DNA of 63,477 nt, filler included, from Reticulomyxa filosa (taxonomy: Eukaryota > Protista > Foraminifera): assembly GCA_000512085.1 (NCBI GenBank). It is 17 parts of 17 records of this genome, joined end to end, with 100 filler letters (N's around TTAATTAATTAA, not from the genome) between each part and the next. Parts side by side here need not be neighbours in the genome. Positions count along the whole stretch, not along the records: positions 5,523 to 14,460 come from ASPP01024334.1; positions 14,561 to 15,647 come from ASPP01037472.1; positions 15,748 to 17,872 come from ASPP01037868.1; positions 17,973 to 18,972 come from ASPP01034439.1; positions 19,073 to 20,350 come from ASPP01025683.1; positions 20,451 to 21,684 come from ASPP01003036.1; positions 21,785 to 26,300 come from ASPP01014594.1; positions 26,401 to 29,880 come from ASPP01037350.1; 9 more parts are not named here. One strand, 5' to 3'. Every line of letters starts with the position of its first letter. Positions within the stretch are counted from its first letter, which is position 1. Shown in pieces: positions 13,617 through 26,903 of this stretch. The notes under the pieces are model-generated. The model saw only the letters and a list, made by a program, of their open reading frames with translations. It ran no database searches and was not told the origin of the DNA. The position numbers were made by a program, and so were the translations under genes.

Positions 13617-14460
13617 CTATCCCCAAATTCGAATAGTACCTTTTTCTAAACCATAACATAAACTAATACAACAATTGGTATATTCTTTATTTTCTTTCTT
13701 TTTCAATGGCAGAAATTTAAGACAAGATACTCTATCATCACTTCCACACAATATATATAATTCCCTCTTATTTGATCGAGTATCCCAAAATCGGATTGTA
13801 TTATCCCATGACCCTGAACATATCACATTTGAACAACCACCAAATTCAATATTATTATTTACTACAAATGGCGAATATTCAACAGCAGTTACAATATTTG
13901 TGTGCCCATTAAACACTTGAATTTGTTGACCAGATCGAATATCCCACATTCGAACACTAAATTTTAATCCAGATAATATTGTATTTCCACAACCTGTATT
14001 TCCTAATTCATTTGATCCATATACTAGACTCACTACAGAATCATTGCCCTTAAATATCATACATTGTTTGGTTGTTTCAATATCCCATATTCGAATGGTT
14101 TTATCCCATGATCCAGAACAAATTGTATATCCATTTCCACCAATCACACCAATATTATTATTATTATTATCATTTTTATTATTGCTTTGTAATGGTGAAA
14201 TATCTACGCACAAAACACCATCTTCATGTCCATTGAAAACATGCAATGATTTTGATGTTTCAACATCCCATAAACGAATTGTTCTGTCAATTGATCCAGA
14301 ACACAAATATCTACCATTATTAAATGACGAAAATTCAATGCTACGAACACCCTTTGTGTGTCCGCTGAATATTTGTAATTGTCGATTATGTTTGAAATCC
14401 AAAAAACGAATAGTTCTGTCATGTGATGAAGAACAAATGACATTTTGATGATGATTATGA
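13617..14460 (-). CDS. WD40-repeat protein, copy 4 (5' truncated by contig end)
   Basis: 261+ aa ORF with WD repeats and the shared 'NIGVIGGNGYTICSGS' loop. Confidence 0.9.
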
Positions 14461-15838
14461 NNNNNNNNNNNNNNNNNNNNNNNNNNNNNNNNNNNNNNNN
14501 NNNNTTAATTAATTAANNNNNNNNNNNNNNNNNNNNNNNNNNNNNNNNNNNNNNNNNNNNACAATCCAAATCCACCACAAATTTTGAGCAAAGTTAATCG
14601 AACAAGGCAAGAAAAGATGCAATTACAATATTTGCTAATTTGTGATTTATTTAAAATATTTATACGAGAAATTGTGCAAAGACAGTTGTTATTGAAGTCA
14701 AGTTCGAAATAAAAATTAAAACAAAAAGAAAAGACTCTTTTTAAATCTAAATCAATTATAAGTCCAATATGTTGTGTCAGTTGGTTTAAAATGAATAAAA
14801 ATATTGGTATAATATTCGTCAGGCAACTTTCGTAAAACATGGCATTGTAAAGTCCCTTCGTTGTCATTACTTTGCAATGGACAATCTTTTCCCTGGTCTA
14901 ACTTGTTGTCCACGCTGATGATGATGGCGGTGGTGCTAATGACATATGTGCCAGTGAAAGGTTTTCTAAATTTTGAATCTTTTGTGAAAAAAAACTTTGC
15001 TTGAACAAAATAAAATTATATTACAATAATTCTAAATGAAAGATAGATAAACTGAACAACGGATTGTTTTGACACTTAATCCAAAAAAAAAATATTAAAT
15101 CATTTTATTTAAGAATTTTAAGATTGTCATCAAAAGAAATTAATATATTTCGAAGTTGAAATGCCAAAGAAACTAATATACCTGAACATGTTCACTTAAC
15201 AATGAAATCCAATTGTAAACACGACGGCACGAATTCTTGAGATATTGATCAATTTGTGGGACGTCTGCTGATAATATTGGTACACTAACTGTAATACGAG
15301 AGGTGTTTACTTAGAAGAGAATCGGAGTTTCGTAAAACGAAAGTAATTTAAATAATAAAACAAGATAACAAAAGAAAAGTAAAAAGTAGTTGTTGGGGAA
15401 ATTTAACCTACTGGGATTCTTCCGTTCCCTTGACGTTCAGATACTTATAATAGGGACTTGCCCTACAAATTGATTCTTCAAATTGTTTGCTCGTTGCACA
15501 TCAACTTTCAATATCTTCAATTATAAGTTTTAGTAAATACGTGGTTACTTTTATCAGATCAAGTCTCTCCACTTCCGGTGGAAGTGCTTGTTTCTGAAGC
15601 ACAGAAAGCAGCAAACCATTGAAATAGTACTTTGTGGTATAAATATTNNNNNNNNNNNNNNNNNNNNNNNNNNNNNNNNNNNNNNNNNNNNTTAATTAAT
15701 TAANNNNNNNNNNNNNNNNNNNNNNNNNNNNNNNNNNNNNNNNNNNNTTTTTTTTTTTAGTTCATATAGACATATATGTATATAATATATATGTATATAT
15801 GCATGTATATGCATATATGTATTGTATAAATTAAAAAA

Positions 15839-17581
15839 CAACTACCGATAAGCCATAAATAGATGTGGAGAGCAGCAGGGTTGAACCGACTTCCGACCAA
15901 ATGGAGATTGGTTTGCATGATGTCGACGGCTTGAATGAGACTGGGCGGGATACCAGCGTTGAGGAACATGTGTATATTTGGTTTGGCTCGCTCCAAGCAC
16001 AATTCTTCATTCAACCGCTGGAAGGGGTAGTCTTGATAGATGTGCTCCTTCCATTCCCCGTCAGCACGCGTGTTGCTACTATTGTATTGCCCACCCTCTT
16101 TTCGTGGCGGCAGCACCAACAACGGTGCCCACGCCTTATCGATTTCCTGGCACAGCGTGAACACCTCCTTGATGCGTGATTTCTTTACATACACGTTGAT
16201 CCCTTTATTCAGGGCTTGCACGTGCCGAGTGGCATAATCCAATTGCGAGCCCATTCCAGTGCCATACACTTTTTTTTTTTTTTTTGAAATGTACATATTT
16301 ACATATTTACATATATACACATATATTTATGTATACATACATATACATATATATATATGTATACATATATATATATATGTTTAAAAAAAAGGGAAAAAGA
16401 GAAACATAACACAAATGCCATCGCACATAAAATAACATTTTTTGATAGGCATTTTGTCTCGCAACAAAGGATCGGTCAGCAAGTTCAGGAAATAAACGAA
16501 CAATGGGATTTTGTCGTCGATCAAGAAATCTCGAACGAACATGCCTTTAATGGCAGCCTGCGTAGATGTAGATGTAGATGTAGATGTAGATGTAGGTAGA
16601 TGTAGATGTAGTGGTGGACATGAGACTTTTGCTAGCGCTTGCCGAGGCGGTGTAATCACTGCGCTCTTGGGCAATGACTCGGCGTTGCGACCACGCCAGA
16701 CACAACACGACGTTGAGCCACATTTGCAAGCCTCGATTGCTTTGCCAAAAGTCTGCGTCTCGACACTCGACCAGTGCCGTCTTCAGTTGCACTGGCCTCG
16801 TTGACGTCAATGCACTCTTGTGTTCTTCCTCGATTATCGTCGTCTTCGTGTCTATCATCTGTTCCGTTGCATGCTTTTGATCATTGTTTTTCTCTTCTTT
16901 TTTACTTTCAGTTTGTTTCTTTTGTTTTGTTCCTTCTCTCCCACTTCTATCTTCCTTGTTTTTGTCTTTACCATCATCATCTTCATCATCATCTTCATCA
17001 TCTTCATCATCTTCATCATTATCATCATCATCTCATCATCTCATCATCATCATTGTCATCGTCATTGTCCTCCTCTTCGCTTTGTTGCTTCCGTCTTTGG
17101 CAATCTTCCTCCGTTGGCAACTTATGGATTGCGGCAATATGACGATCCACGCACATTTTCAATACTCGCATTAACGTAGCTATCGCGTGCTACAATTTAA
17201 TGTTTTTTCAAAAAAAAAAGTTTGAAAAAGGATTGCACTCCCCTTCCCCCTTCCCCCTTTCCCCTTTCCCTTCCCCCCTTTTCTCTCTCTAAAACAATCT
17301 TGCACATAAAAACAACAACAAAACTTTGGATTGCAAGAGTTGATATATTTTGTGTCCGTTTGCTTCGATAAGTTTGGCCAGCCAATCGTCGGCCTTGGCG
17401 GCGGGCTGTGATTTTGCAGTACTTTGTGCTGCTTTTTGTTTTTTGCCGTTGCCGTCTTCACTGTCGGAGTCACTGTCACTATCATCTCCTTTCTCATTAT
17501 TCTCATTATCATCATCGTCATCGTCGTTGTTGTTGTTGTTGTCTGGCTTATTTAAACGGTGAGAGCCCTTTGAGCTTTGTC

Positions 17582-17613
<32 letters not shown>

Positions 17614-17832
17614 GGCGACTTGGCTTTATTGTCATTGCTCAAATGCTCGTTCCCCATGCAATATAGTAAAAACAAAAATCCCGTTCGATACATTTGGTCT
17701 TCCACTGTTCGTGATGCCATCTTTGGATCGCAGTGCAGTCGTGATAGTGTGCCTGAAGATGACTTTGCTGACTCATGTGATGACAGCAGACTGCTCATAT
17801 CATCGATTACATTGTCAATGTTTTGATACGCC
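15839..17832 (-). CDS. Partial multi-exon gene for a large protein with poly-Q and acidic tracts, function unknown
   Basis: Coding-like exons (ORFs 17289-17798, 16547-16858, 16381-16674, 15757-16320) separated by poly-A or (TA)n introns with GT/AG ends. Confidence 0.55.
16562..16610 (+). repeat. (GTAGAT)n hexamer microsatellite encoding (TS)n on the minus strand
   Basis: Directly visible in the sequence. Confidence 0.85.
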
Positions 17833-17833
17833 T

Positions 17834-17872
<39 letters not shown>

Positions 17873-19829
17873 NNNNNNNNNNNNNNNNNNNNNNNNNNNN
17901 NNNNNNNNNNNNNNNNTTAATTAATTAANNNNNNNNNNNNNNNNNNNNNNNNNNNNNNNNNNNNNNNNNNNNTACATTATCATGTTAACAGATTTTAGTG
18001 TTGTGTATGATCACAATAAAGAAATGTATATCACTAAAAAAATATATTATGCACAACTGACCAATATTGGTTTAATTCAATGAGCAATTCATCGACTTCA
18101 TCAAAGATCTTAAAAATTTAAAAACGACAAAAGTTAAAATCTTTTTCAATCTTTAATTTTTCTATGATTTTTTTTATTTTTCAAAATTTTAAAATATTTG
18201 AATCTTTCACGTGTTTTTGGTGATCGAGTTTGCAATTTGAAAATAAATGCTGTACAAAAGTTCAAAAATGTAACCAAAAAAACAGGTGAAACAGATATGT
18301 CAAATCATCCCTTAATCGAGGAAAATAAGGTGTAAGATCTTACACAAGATGAAGTAAATCATAAAATTGAAGATGTCTCCTATAAAATGTATGAAGTGAG
18401 CAAATTTTTGAGACTGATGGAAATGACTTTTTCCCAGGTTTTTTGTTCGAAATTTTTTTGAACAAGCAAAATAGTTACAAACTGGTCTCTACAAACAAAA
18501 ACAACTAGAACGGACGAAAACGGGAATGGTATCTAGTGTATAGTTTTACAGTAGCGGCATGTCTGTTGTACTATGAAGAGAAGAAATCTTTTTTATTTTT
18601 GAACAATTTCGGCCTGAAAGAAACAAATATTAGTAAGCTGACAAGTGATAAGAACAAGTCGGATGTAGCTATAAATGTTGTGCAGGTATTAGATGCGATC
18701 TTTTTATTTTTTTTTTTGTTCCGTTCTTTTCACACAAGGAGTTTCGAATCAGACACAATAATGCCTGAGAGTAACTTCCAACCTCAATGTTTTTTGCTGA
18801 ATAATAGGACTTATCGATAATGATACATTGGCTCCACTTGAAACGATGCATGTTCGAGTGCTTTGTATCTGTTCAAATATGTGTGGATATGTGTTTTTGT
18901 TTAGATGACGACGTGATCTGTTGTTGTGCACCCAATCAAATTTTTTAAAAAAGATAAAAGAGGAGTGTGGCTNNNNNNNNNNNNNNNNNNNNNNNNNNNN
19001 NNNNNNNNNNNNNNNNTTAATTAATTAANNNNNNNNNNNNNNNNNNNNNNNNNNNNNNNNNNNNNNNNNNNNAAAAAAAAAGGAATGACCATATTGAAGG
19101 CTACGCAGAATACATTAAAGAAAACTCCACTGTTTTTCATTTGCACATGTTCCGATTTGAAATTTGTGTTTTGATAAACTTGGCCGAAGGGACATTTATG
19201 AGCATCCAAGTCTTGACAACTTAAAAAAAATTGGTCGTTGGAAGATAATGAAATTGAACTTACCAGTTATATCCTAACCTTTCGAAAAGCAAAAAAAGAA
19301 TTTGAAAACAAATTAGTGGATAATACTGTGTGATCGAAGTGAGAAAAAAGTTGGTTTCACAGAAATAAAAAAAAACCTCCTTTTTTTGAACCTATTAAAT
19401 GATAAAACTCCCCCCCCCCTCCTTTATATCCTTTTTGTTGGATATGAAGGCCTCGGCCATAAAGAAGGTGGAAAGAAGAACCAAGTATAGAAAATCGCAA
19501 AAATGAGCCGACATTAACACATGAATTGAAAAATGATATTGGACAGCTTAGCAAAGAGGAGGAATGGCGTGGACGACAAGATCATTTAAACTGCCACGTT
19601 CCCATAGGATTTCCAAAATGTCCACCAAAATTGAAGCGTCTGACAAAAATTTGTAACAAATTTACTATTGTTTGGTATATCATGTGTGATAACGGATAAA
19701 AGGAAATTACGATCAATGGCGTGCCTTTCAATGGAAAAGAGGATTGGGCTAGTGCAATGATGAAAAGAGGTTTCAGGAAGGGGGAGCAAAGAATCTGCCA
19801 AGAACGAAGAAGAAGAGAGCCAGAACAGA

Positions 19830-20270
19830 CTATCCAAAATCACTTGATTCTATCTTCGATCGAGGGATGAGAGCATTGTGATTTTCACAATCAACGCAGA
19901 AGTATACGTACTTCTTTATGAACTGGATCAATTCAAATATTAATGAGTGTTCAGTTTTTACACTTTGCATACGCACACATCGAATGGAATCGACCCAATC
20001 TTGCACTTGAGATTGAGTTTCACAAACAAATCTCCACTTGAAACCTGTTGTCCAACTATACGACAAAAAAAAAAAAAAAAGATGAAGATATATGAAGTGG
20101 GATGGAAAGAAAAAAAAAAGATTGAAAAACGAAAAGCATACACACCCATTGGACTTTTTGGACGAAAAGCGAACAATTTTGATATCAATAACGTGAAGCA
20201 ATGCTAAGTTGACCAATAACACGATCAAGGCGTTTATGATTGAGATGATAAATAAGAGAGCAATCATCAT
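19830..20270 (-). CDS. Spliced gene fragment with a probable PH-domain C-terminus
   Basis: FKWRFVCETQSQVQDWVDSIR matches the PH strand-7/terminal helix pattern with the conserved Trp. Downstream sequence has stops, so this may be a pseudogene. Confidence 0.4.
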   Translation of the reverse strand: MMIALLFIISIINALIVLLVNLALLHVIDIKIVRFSSKKSNGCVCFSFFNLFFFFPSHFIYLHLFFFFLSYSWTTGFKWRFVCETQSQVQDWVDSIRCVRMQSVKTEHSLIFELIQFIKKYVYFCVDCENHNALIPRSKIESSDFG

Positions 20271-20694
20271 CCATTAAAATAAAAAAGTGTTTGTGTTTGC
20301 AGCATTACGACCACAACTGTTTGACTCTTCATTAAATTTTTTTTTTTTTTNNNNNNNNNNNNNNNNNNNNNNNNNNNNNNNNNNNNNNNNNNNNTTAATT
20401 AATTAANNNNNNNNNNNNNNNNNNNNNNNNNNNNNNNNNNNNNNNNNNNNTTTAATGTTTGTGCTACAAACTATATTTTCATTAAACAATGATGCTTTTC
20501 AATTCCTATCGTAAACGTCATGTTTTCATTACTTCTTGCATTTCTTCCCTGGGAACAACAATTTGCACATATCTCTTTCGTCAAGCGAAAGAAAAAAAAG
20601 CTAATACTTTCCGAAATTTGAGAGAAAGTCAACAGAATAAAAACAGGATCTAGAAAGGTGAATAAAAAATTGGTCTGAACGTCTATTTTCTTAA

Positions 20695-21684
20695 ATGGCA
20701 AGCAAAAAGAGGGAGATAAGTGGTGGCTTGCCATTTCCTTTGGCAATACGAACATGCGTGTCTGTGCTTGTAGCAGGGAAACAGTCATAAGTATTCCCTG
20801 TGAAAGCGACGATAACACAATACAAAGTTGTGTATGGTTGTGCCAAAGTGGAGAGTTATTAATTGGAAACCATGCAACAGATGAATTGGTTAGAACTACC
20901 ACTGGAAAGATTGAAGACATAATATTTTTGATCGGAAAAAAGTTTCTAATTATTTGTTTGCCATTTTATTTTTTTAAAAAAAGTCTGGCTCCAAATTTTT
21001 TTTTAAAAGACGATATGACAAGCTAAAAGTGAAGTCTGAAAGAAAAGAAGTAAGATTTGACGTAGTGAAAGACTGGGAAAATAGGCCAGCAATTGAGATA
21101 ATGAGGAAAGATTAAAAGCAAAGATACTTCGCGGAGGAGATAGTATACTGGTAGTTAAAGAAAATGAAGATGAGTGCCGAAAGGCATTTGAAAGTGCAAT
21201 CACAAATGTAATGATTGGAGTCCCCGACGACTTTAATAATACAGCAAAAATAGCTGGGTTCAAAGAAAGGTTGCAGCTCCGGCGCAATAGTATAGCTAGT
21301 GGATACCTCTACAAATTAGGATAGGGATATACGTGTATAATAAAATGGGGTGGCACTATGTTGTATGTGGCATTATTGCAAGTATCAGACCACAGTTGAA
21401 ACATCAGTTAACATTTCAGAGACAGGCATTTGTTCATATCCCTTCGTTCACAGATGGAGTAGACTTGAAATTGGCCATAACTCGAGAGAAATTTGAAGAA
21501 GTATTGGCTCCACTTTTTCTAAAGTTTTCTGAGTTTGTGAAAAGCGCAGTCCAAAGATGTCAAGTTTCTAATGTCATTTTGTCTGGATGAAGTTGTTTTA
21601 TTCCAAAAGTAAAAGACATTATTGCCGGCATTTTCCCTGCCAAAAAAATACACTATTTTGTTCTTCCTTCTCAAATGCAAGAAT
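20695..21684 (+). pseudogene. Divergent Hsp70-superfamily ATPase domain, disrupted
   Basis: AISFGNTNMRV...LLIGNHA...FLIGKKF resembles GIDLGTTYSCV...LIGDAA...RLIGRRF. ITNVMIGVPDDFN..AKIAGF resembles VTNAVVTVPAYFN..GTIAGL. DGVDLKLAITREKFEE and VILSG*SCFIPKV resemble IVLVGGSTRIPKI, with a TGA at 21588-21590. Segments are deleted. Confidence 0.8.
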
Positions 21685-21879
21685 NNNNNNNNNNNNNNNN
21701 NNNNNNNNNNNNNNNNNNNNNNNNNNNNTTAATTAATTAANNNNNNNNNNNNNNNNNNNNNNNNNNNNNNNNNNNNNNNNNNNNAAAAAAAAAAAAAAAA
21801 AAAAAAAAAAAGTGTATATAGTATATGTATAATATACTATATACTATATACAACATACAAACGGGACTCGAGCCTACGT

Positions 21880-23600
21880 ATGACAAGAATAACAATACAA
21901 AATGATAACAAAAATAAACAGAGTAAACAAGACGAACTCCGTGTTCGGGACCAATTGCAGGAATTGCAAGTGGAAATGTTGGATTTGCAAAAAGTGAGCG
22001 AGAAATATCAGATCTTGCAAAAAGTGGAACGTGAGGTCTTAATGCTACAAAATGAGTACAATCACAAATTAGGAAAGCTGCAAAGGGAAGAGGAAGTCAT
22101 TTTGGAGAGGTTGCAACATACCAAAACTAGCAAAGATAGGAACCAACGGGTTAGGTACTCGCAACGCTCGTATCGACATTGGGCTGGGGCCAAAATCGAC
22201 TTTACTTTGAATATGACACAAAAGCATTCCGATTTTTTACAAAAGAAAATTAATCAACAGTTTTGTTTCAATGAACCAATGCATATATATATATATATAT
22301 ATATGTGTGTATATATTAATTTTTTGTTATTATAACTTTTAATTGCTTTGTTTTGGTTTTTTTTTTTTCAAAGATCAGCAAACAGTGACGACAAAAAGCA
22401 ATTGGAAAACAACAGCCAATTTTCGGATGGATTGAAGACATTTTTGAGCAGCTTGAAAAGTCTGACAGATCACCAACAGCTTATTGCCCGAGAGTATGAA
22501 AACTCGATCAAAAATATGGAGTCGGATATACTTGAGATCCGTCATCAAATGGGCAAGGTGCGTCAAAACACTTTCGCAAAGATACATGAGTTGCACAAGA
22601 ACGTGGAAATTGCACATAACTTTGAATTGGGACATCGAAGGCTATCTGTGGTAATGTCTTTGTTTTTTTGTTTATGACATGTATATATGTATATATGTAT
22701 ATTTTTTTTGTTAAAAAAAAAGGGGGGGGGGAGGGGCGCATACACACATGTGCACGCAATAAAACTAGGCAAATGGGACAGAAATCGATCGAGAGCGAAG
22801 ACACCATGACTTGAAAATACAAAGACAAATCTTGACGTTGCAATCGCAGCTGGGAGAAGTGGATATGAATAGCTACGTTGGTCGGTTGGGTGAAATCGTG
22901 GACTTGGAAAAGGTCATGAGCCGTTCGAAATTGAAAGCTTTTTTTAGCGTCTTTGTTCAATCCTTCTGTCAGATATTGATTGATATCGACTTGGCCGAGT
23001 GTGAAATGGACGGAAATAGTCTTTCAAAAGATCCGCAAATTAATCAAGCATTGAACAATTGTTATGGTATTGGAGGTGTTCTCAGTACCATTGACAGCCA
23101 AGTGTCGCCAACGTTGAATGCAAAAATTAAGAAAATTGGTCGCTTCATTAAAACATTACAACATGCAATTTCATGTGATCCTCTCACAAAACAATCACAA
23201 AAAGAAAAAGCGCACACAAATGCATCTCAGTCCCAATCGCCAACTACCAACGTTGACATTGAACATGTTATCTTCATTGGGTCATTTGTTGGCAGAAAAC
23301 TGAGTTGTCACCAACAAACGCAACACGAACTTCTCTCAATGGACGTTTCGCAAGTTACTGCAATTGCTGAGGTTAAGTGTCAGGACATTTTCAGAGCCGT
23401 CATTGACGATGTCAAGATATTTGCCGACCTTCCTTATTCTGTTGCTGAGGTGGGTTATTATTTTCTTTTTTTTTTTTTTTTACTTGACAATATATACATA
23501 TACATATGTATATACCCCTTTGCTTTTTTTCAATATAGGCTGGAAATGCCATATTGTCAAGTGTTTGGAAGATCGAAGCCACAACGGAAGAACTGTTATG
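21880..23600 (+). CDS. Multi-exon coiled-coil protein, unknown function
   Basis: Q/E/K/L-rich heptad-like ORFs 21880-22335, 22348-22677 and 22811-23794, separated by (TA)n or poly-T introns. Confidence 0.55.
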
Positions 23601-25860
23601 ATTTTGTAAACGTACCATGCTCCTTTTTTATCTTCCATCATGTCTCACCCTCTCTTGTTCGGCTTGCACTCTTCATGTATGTATCATTTTTGTCCTTTTC
23701 CTTCCCAGGCTTTGTTGCGCTTCACTCTAATTCCATCCAATATCATTGCACTTTTTTTTTCTTTCTTTCCATGGTTTCTTGTTTCAATATTTAACCATGT
23801 TTTGCGCTGGTTTTTTTCTTCCAACTTTTGTTGGTTGCTTTTGTGTTTCCCAATTTCGAATTTCCACTTATTTTGGGCTTGCCTTTCATGGTGTCTGTCA
23901 TATATCTTTTTTTTTTTTTTTTTTGCACTTGACCGGTTCATGGAACTCTTTTTGGATGACATTTAAAAATTGCGTTAAGCAGTTGGAACACAAAAACAAA
24001 AAAGCAAAAAGTAAAAATGAAGACGGTGATTATCAGCATTTGCAATTTAGCACTTTGAATTGTCACATACCAACGTAATGATTCAGGCAACATCTAGTGA
24101 TCAGTTGAAAAATAAATAATTCACAAATGATATATGGCATAGTTTGCTAAAAAAATGCCACATATTATTAATATTTCTAATGATTGAATTGATCTTTCAA
24201 CGAATTTATCGTTTTTGAATTTTTTTCAAACGCACTCTGAAATTTGTTTTTTTTATCCTTTTTTTTTGCAGAAATTGAGATCTTATCATAGTTAAAAATA
24301 GCCCTCGTCACAAAAGGAAAACAGTATTCGAAAAGAAAAAAAGCAATACAAAATGAAAAAAATCGACAAAACTTGTATAAACTCATACAAATCTAAAAAA
24401 CATAATTTCAACTTTTGATTTAACTTCAAAATATCTAAGTGATTGTGAAAACAATTTTGTAATCTGAGCAATATCTTTCGAAGTATTGAAGTATAATAAA
24501 ACATTTATATTAAATACAATACTTTCAACAAATTAAAAAAATCAAAACAAATAAATTCAAACACTACAAAAAATGTTACTAAAAACTTCATTAGTTTAAA
24601 AAATTTCTTTTTTTAAGCTTATTCTTTCAGATAATGTTAATTTTTTCAAAAAATTTTTTTATAAGACGTGCAGTTAGTACATATGGCTGCAATAAGGTTA
24701 CTAGTATTTGGATACAAAAGACATTCTTCAGCAAAACGTTAACACACAAACAGCATGGACAGTTAGTCACTCAGATCACTTGAACTTAGCACAACATATG
24801 AAAAGCTACAAATGGAAAAAAGAATGTGTATTATATTGTGGTTGTAAAAGAAAAATATGTTTAAAAATGAACCACAGTCTCGTATATGTATGAAAAAAAA
24901 ACAAAGAGCTAAAGTAAAAATAATTTTGTAAATACATAGAACAAATCACATACTATCTTTCATCTATGTTGTACTATCTTATATCTTGCATTTATTTGAA
25001 AGGTTAAACGTTTAATTTTTTTAGCTAGCTTTTACAGTATGCATTTTTTTATAACAACATTTTTTTATTAAATCTATATCAAAAAATAATACATTTAACA
25101 AATCTTGAATTGTTTTGTCACTTTTCGCATAGACTTTCCATCCAAAGGCACTTCCACAGCTATTCACTTTGTAAACTAATCACATTTCTTCACCTAATGA
25201 TTTTTACTTTCTTCTGTGTTTATTGTGCGTTAAATACTTTAATATTAGTCAGTATAATTCATTTTGAACTTTTTTGTTTGGTAAGACAGTTTTTTTTAAC
25301 ATTGAATTTTTCAAACACCTTAGTAAAAAGAATGATGCAGAACTTTTCAAATAAATGCAAGAGATAATATAGTACGACATAGAGTAAAGATAATCTGTAA
25401 TTTGTTCTATGTATTTACAAAATTATTTTTCTTTAGATCTTTTTAATAAAGATATATAAGTCAAATACTAAAAAAGCACTTTTTTTTTAGTTGTACTGTT
25501 TTTTTGCAATTAATGTATAATATCAATTGTTAATATTTAAAAAATTTATAACATACAAATATGACAAGTCAGTCTAATAAAAATAATTTTTTATATTGTG
25601 ACTATGGTACCAACGTACGCAAAGTTCACTTTAAGTAATATACACTTGAAGTGTCGTAGCACGCTATATACACAGATAGAATAGTATACTAGTATTACTT
25701 TCAATGTGGTCACCAATGTGGGACTACGAACTATATCAATTTCCACAAAATATGTCATACTAGAAAAAAAACTCTGAGCGATTCTCCTTGTAGTGACCCA
25801 CCACAAACCACAACAACCAAAGTGTGTATGCATAAATATAATACAGCTGATTCATAGCCC

Positions 25861-25970
25861 TACAAAGAGAATATCATAGTGTATACACTTTCGTCACTGG
25901 TAGTCTTGCTGAGGTTAACGCATTTCAACGCTAGCACTCCAACTATCCCATCGACACTAAAAAGCCATTT
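25861..25970 (-). rRNA. Degenerate SSU (18S) rRNA fragment, central domain, foraminiferan-type
   Basis: Minus strand reads GATGGGATAGTTGGAGT-GCTAGCGTTGAAATGCGTTAACCTCAGCAAGACTACCAGTGACGAAAG...CTCTTTGT. This resembles the universal GCGGTGAAATGC motif and, as I recall it, the foraminiferal GATAGTTGGAGTC...AGCAAGACTACCA..GCGAAAG. About 15 nt appear deleted, so it is a relic. Confidence 0.5.
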
Positions 25971-26903
25971 TAGAATTTTTAAATTTTTTGTTCGTTAACA
26001 TACCCCAACTTACAATAGACCAGTTTTTCTTTAATATTATATATTATATGCGCACATAGTCACAAAAATTTTTTAAAATTTTTTTATATACATATGTAGT
26101 ATTCATGATGTCGTAATAAGTAATTCGCACTACAAGTGACTTTAGAACCCTTTATTCTAAAAACACACTACTAACTTTTACGACTTGTCTTTTCTGTTTC
26201 ACTTGTTGAATCTTGTTGTTTATTGTCTCTTTTATTTAAATCATTACTCTTTTGTTTTAAACTGCTCAAAAGAGCGAAAACCTTTCGTATTACAGTTTGC
26301 NNNNNNNNNNNNNNNNNNNNNNNNNNNNNNNNNNNNNNNNNNNNTTAATTAATTAANNNNNNNNNNNNNNNNNNNNNNNNNNNNNNNNNNNNNNNNNNNN
26401 TTCAGTAATCTCTTTTGCCCTATTTCTGATTTGAATATAAATCAGGAAAATTTATACCACTGACTGACCAAATGACTTGTTTAATACATTGGAATTGATT
26501 TTGTTGATTTGTGTTATAGTTCATGCGATTGTTCAATTCATGATTATGATTTTTTTATTTATTTCACACTTTATTCCAGAAAACTAAAAACTTGATAAAA
26601 AATATTACAATATCATTTAGACCTTTCTTTAAAGCATCAAAAGGTAGTGTGAAAATAAGACTATTTTATCTGATTCACAATCAATCAAAAAAAAGACAAT
26701 CATTATTTTGTCATTTGATTATATTATTAACCAATTTAGGTGTTGCTAATATATAGTTTGAATGTGCATACAATTTCTTTTTAGCAACAAATCACCTTGG
26801 CAATAACAAAACTAAAGTAGTTTTGAGTTTGTTGAATGTATAAACAAAAATTCAATGCAATAGATATTACGTGTTACTTATCAGTCCTTTAAAAGATAAA
26901 GAT

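Noticed and set aside
14561-15647. Coding remnants here and in contig 17973-18972
   Set aside because: No sustained ORF or recognisable motif.
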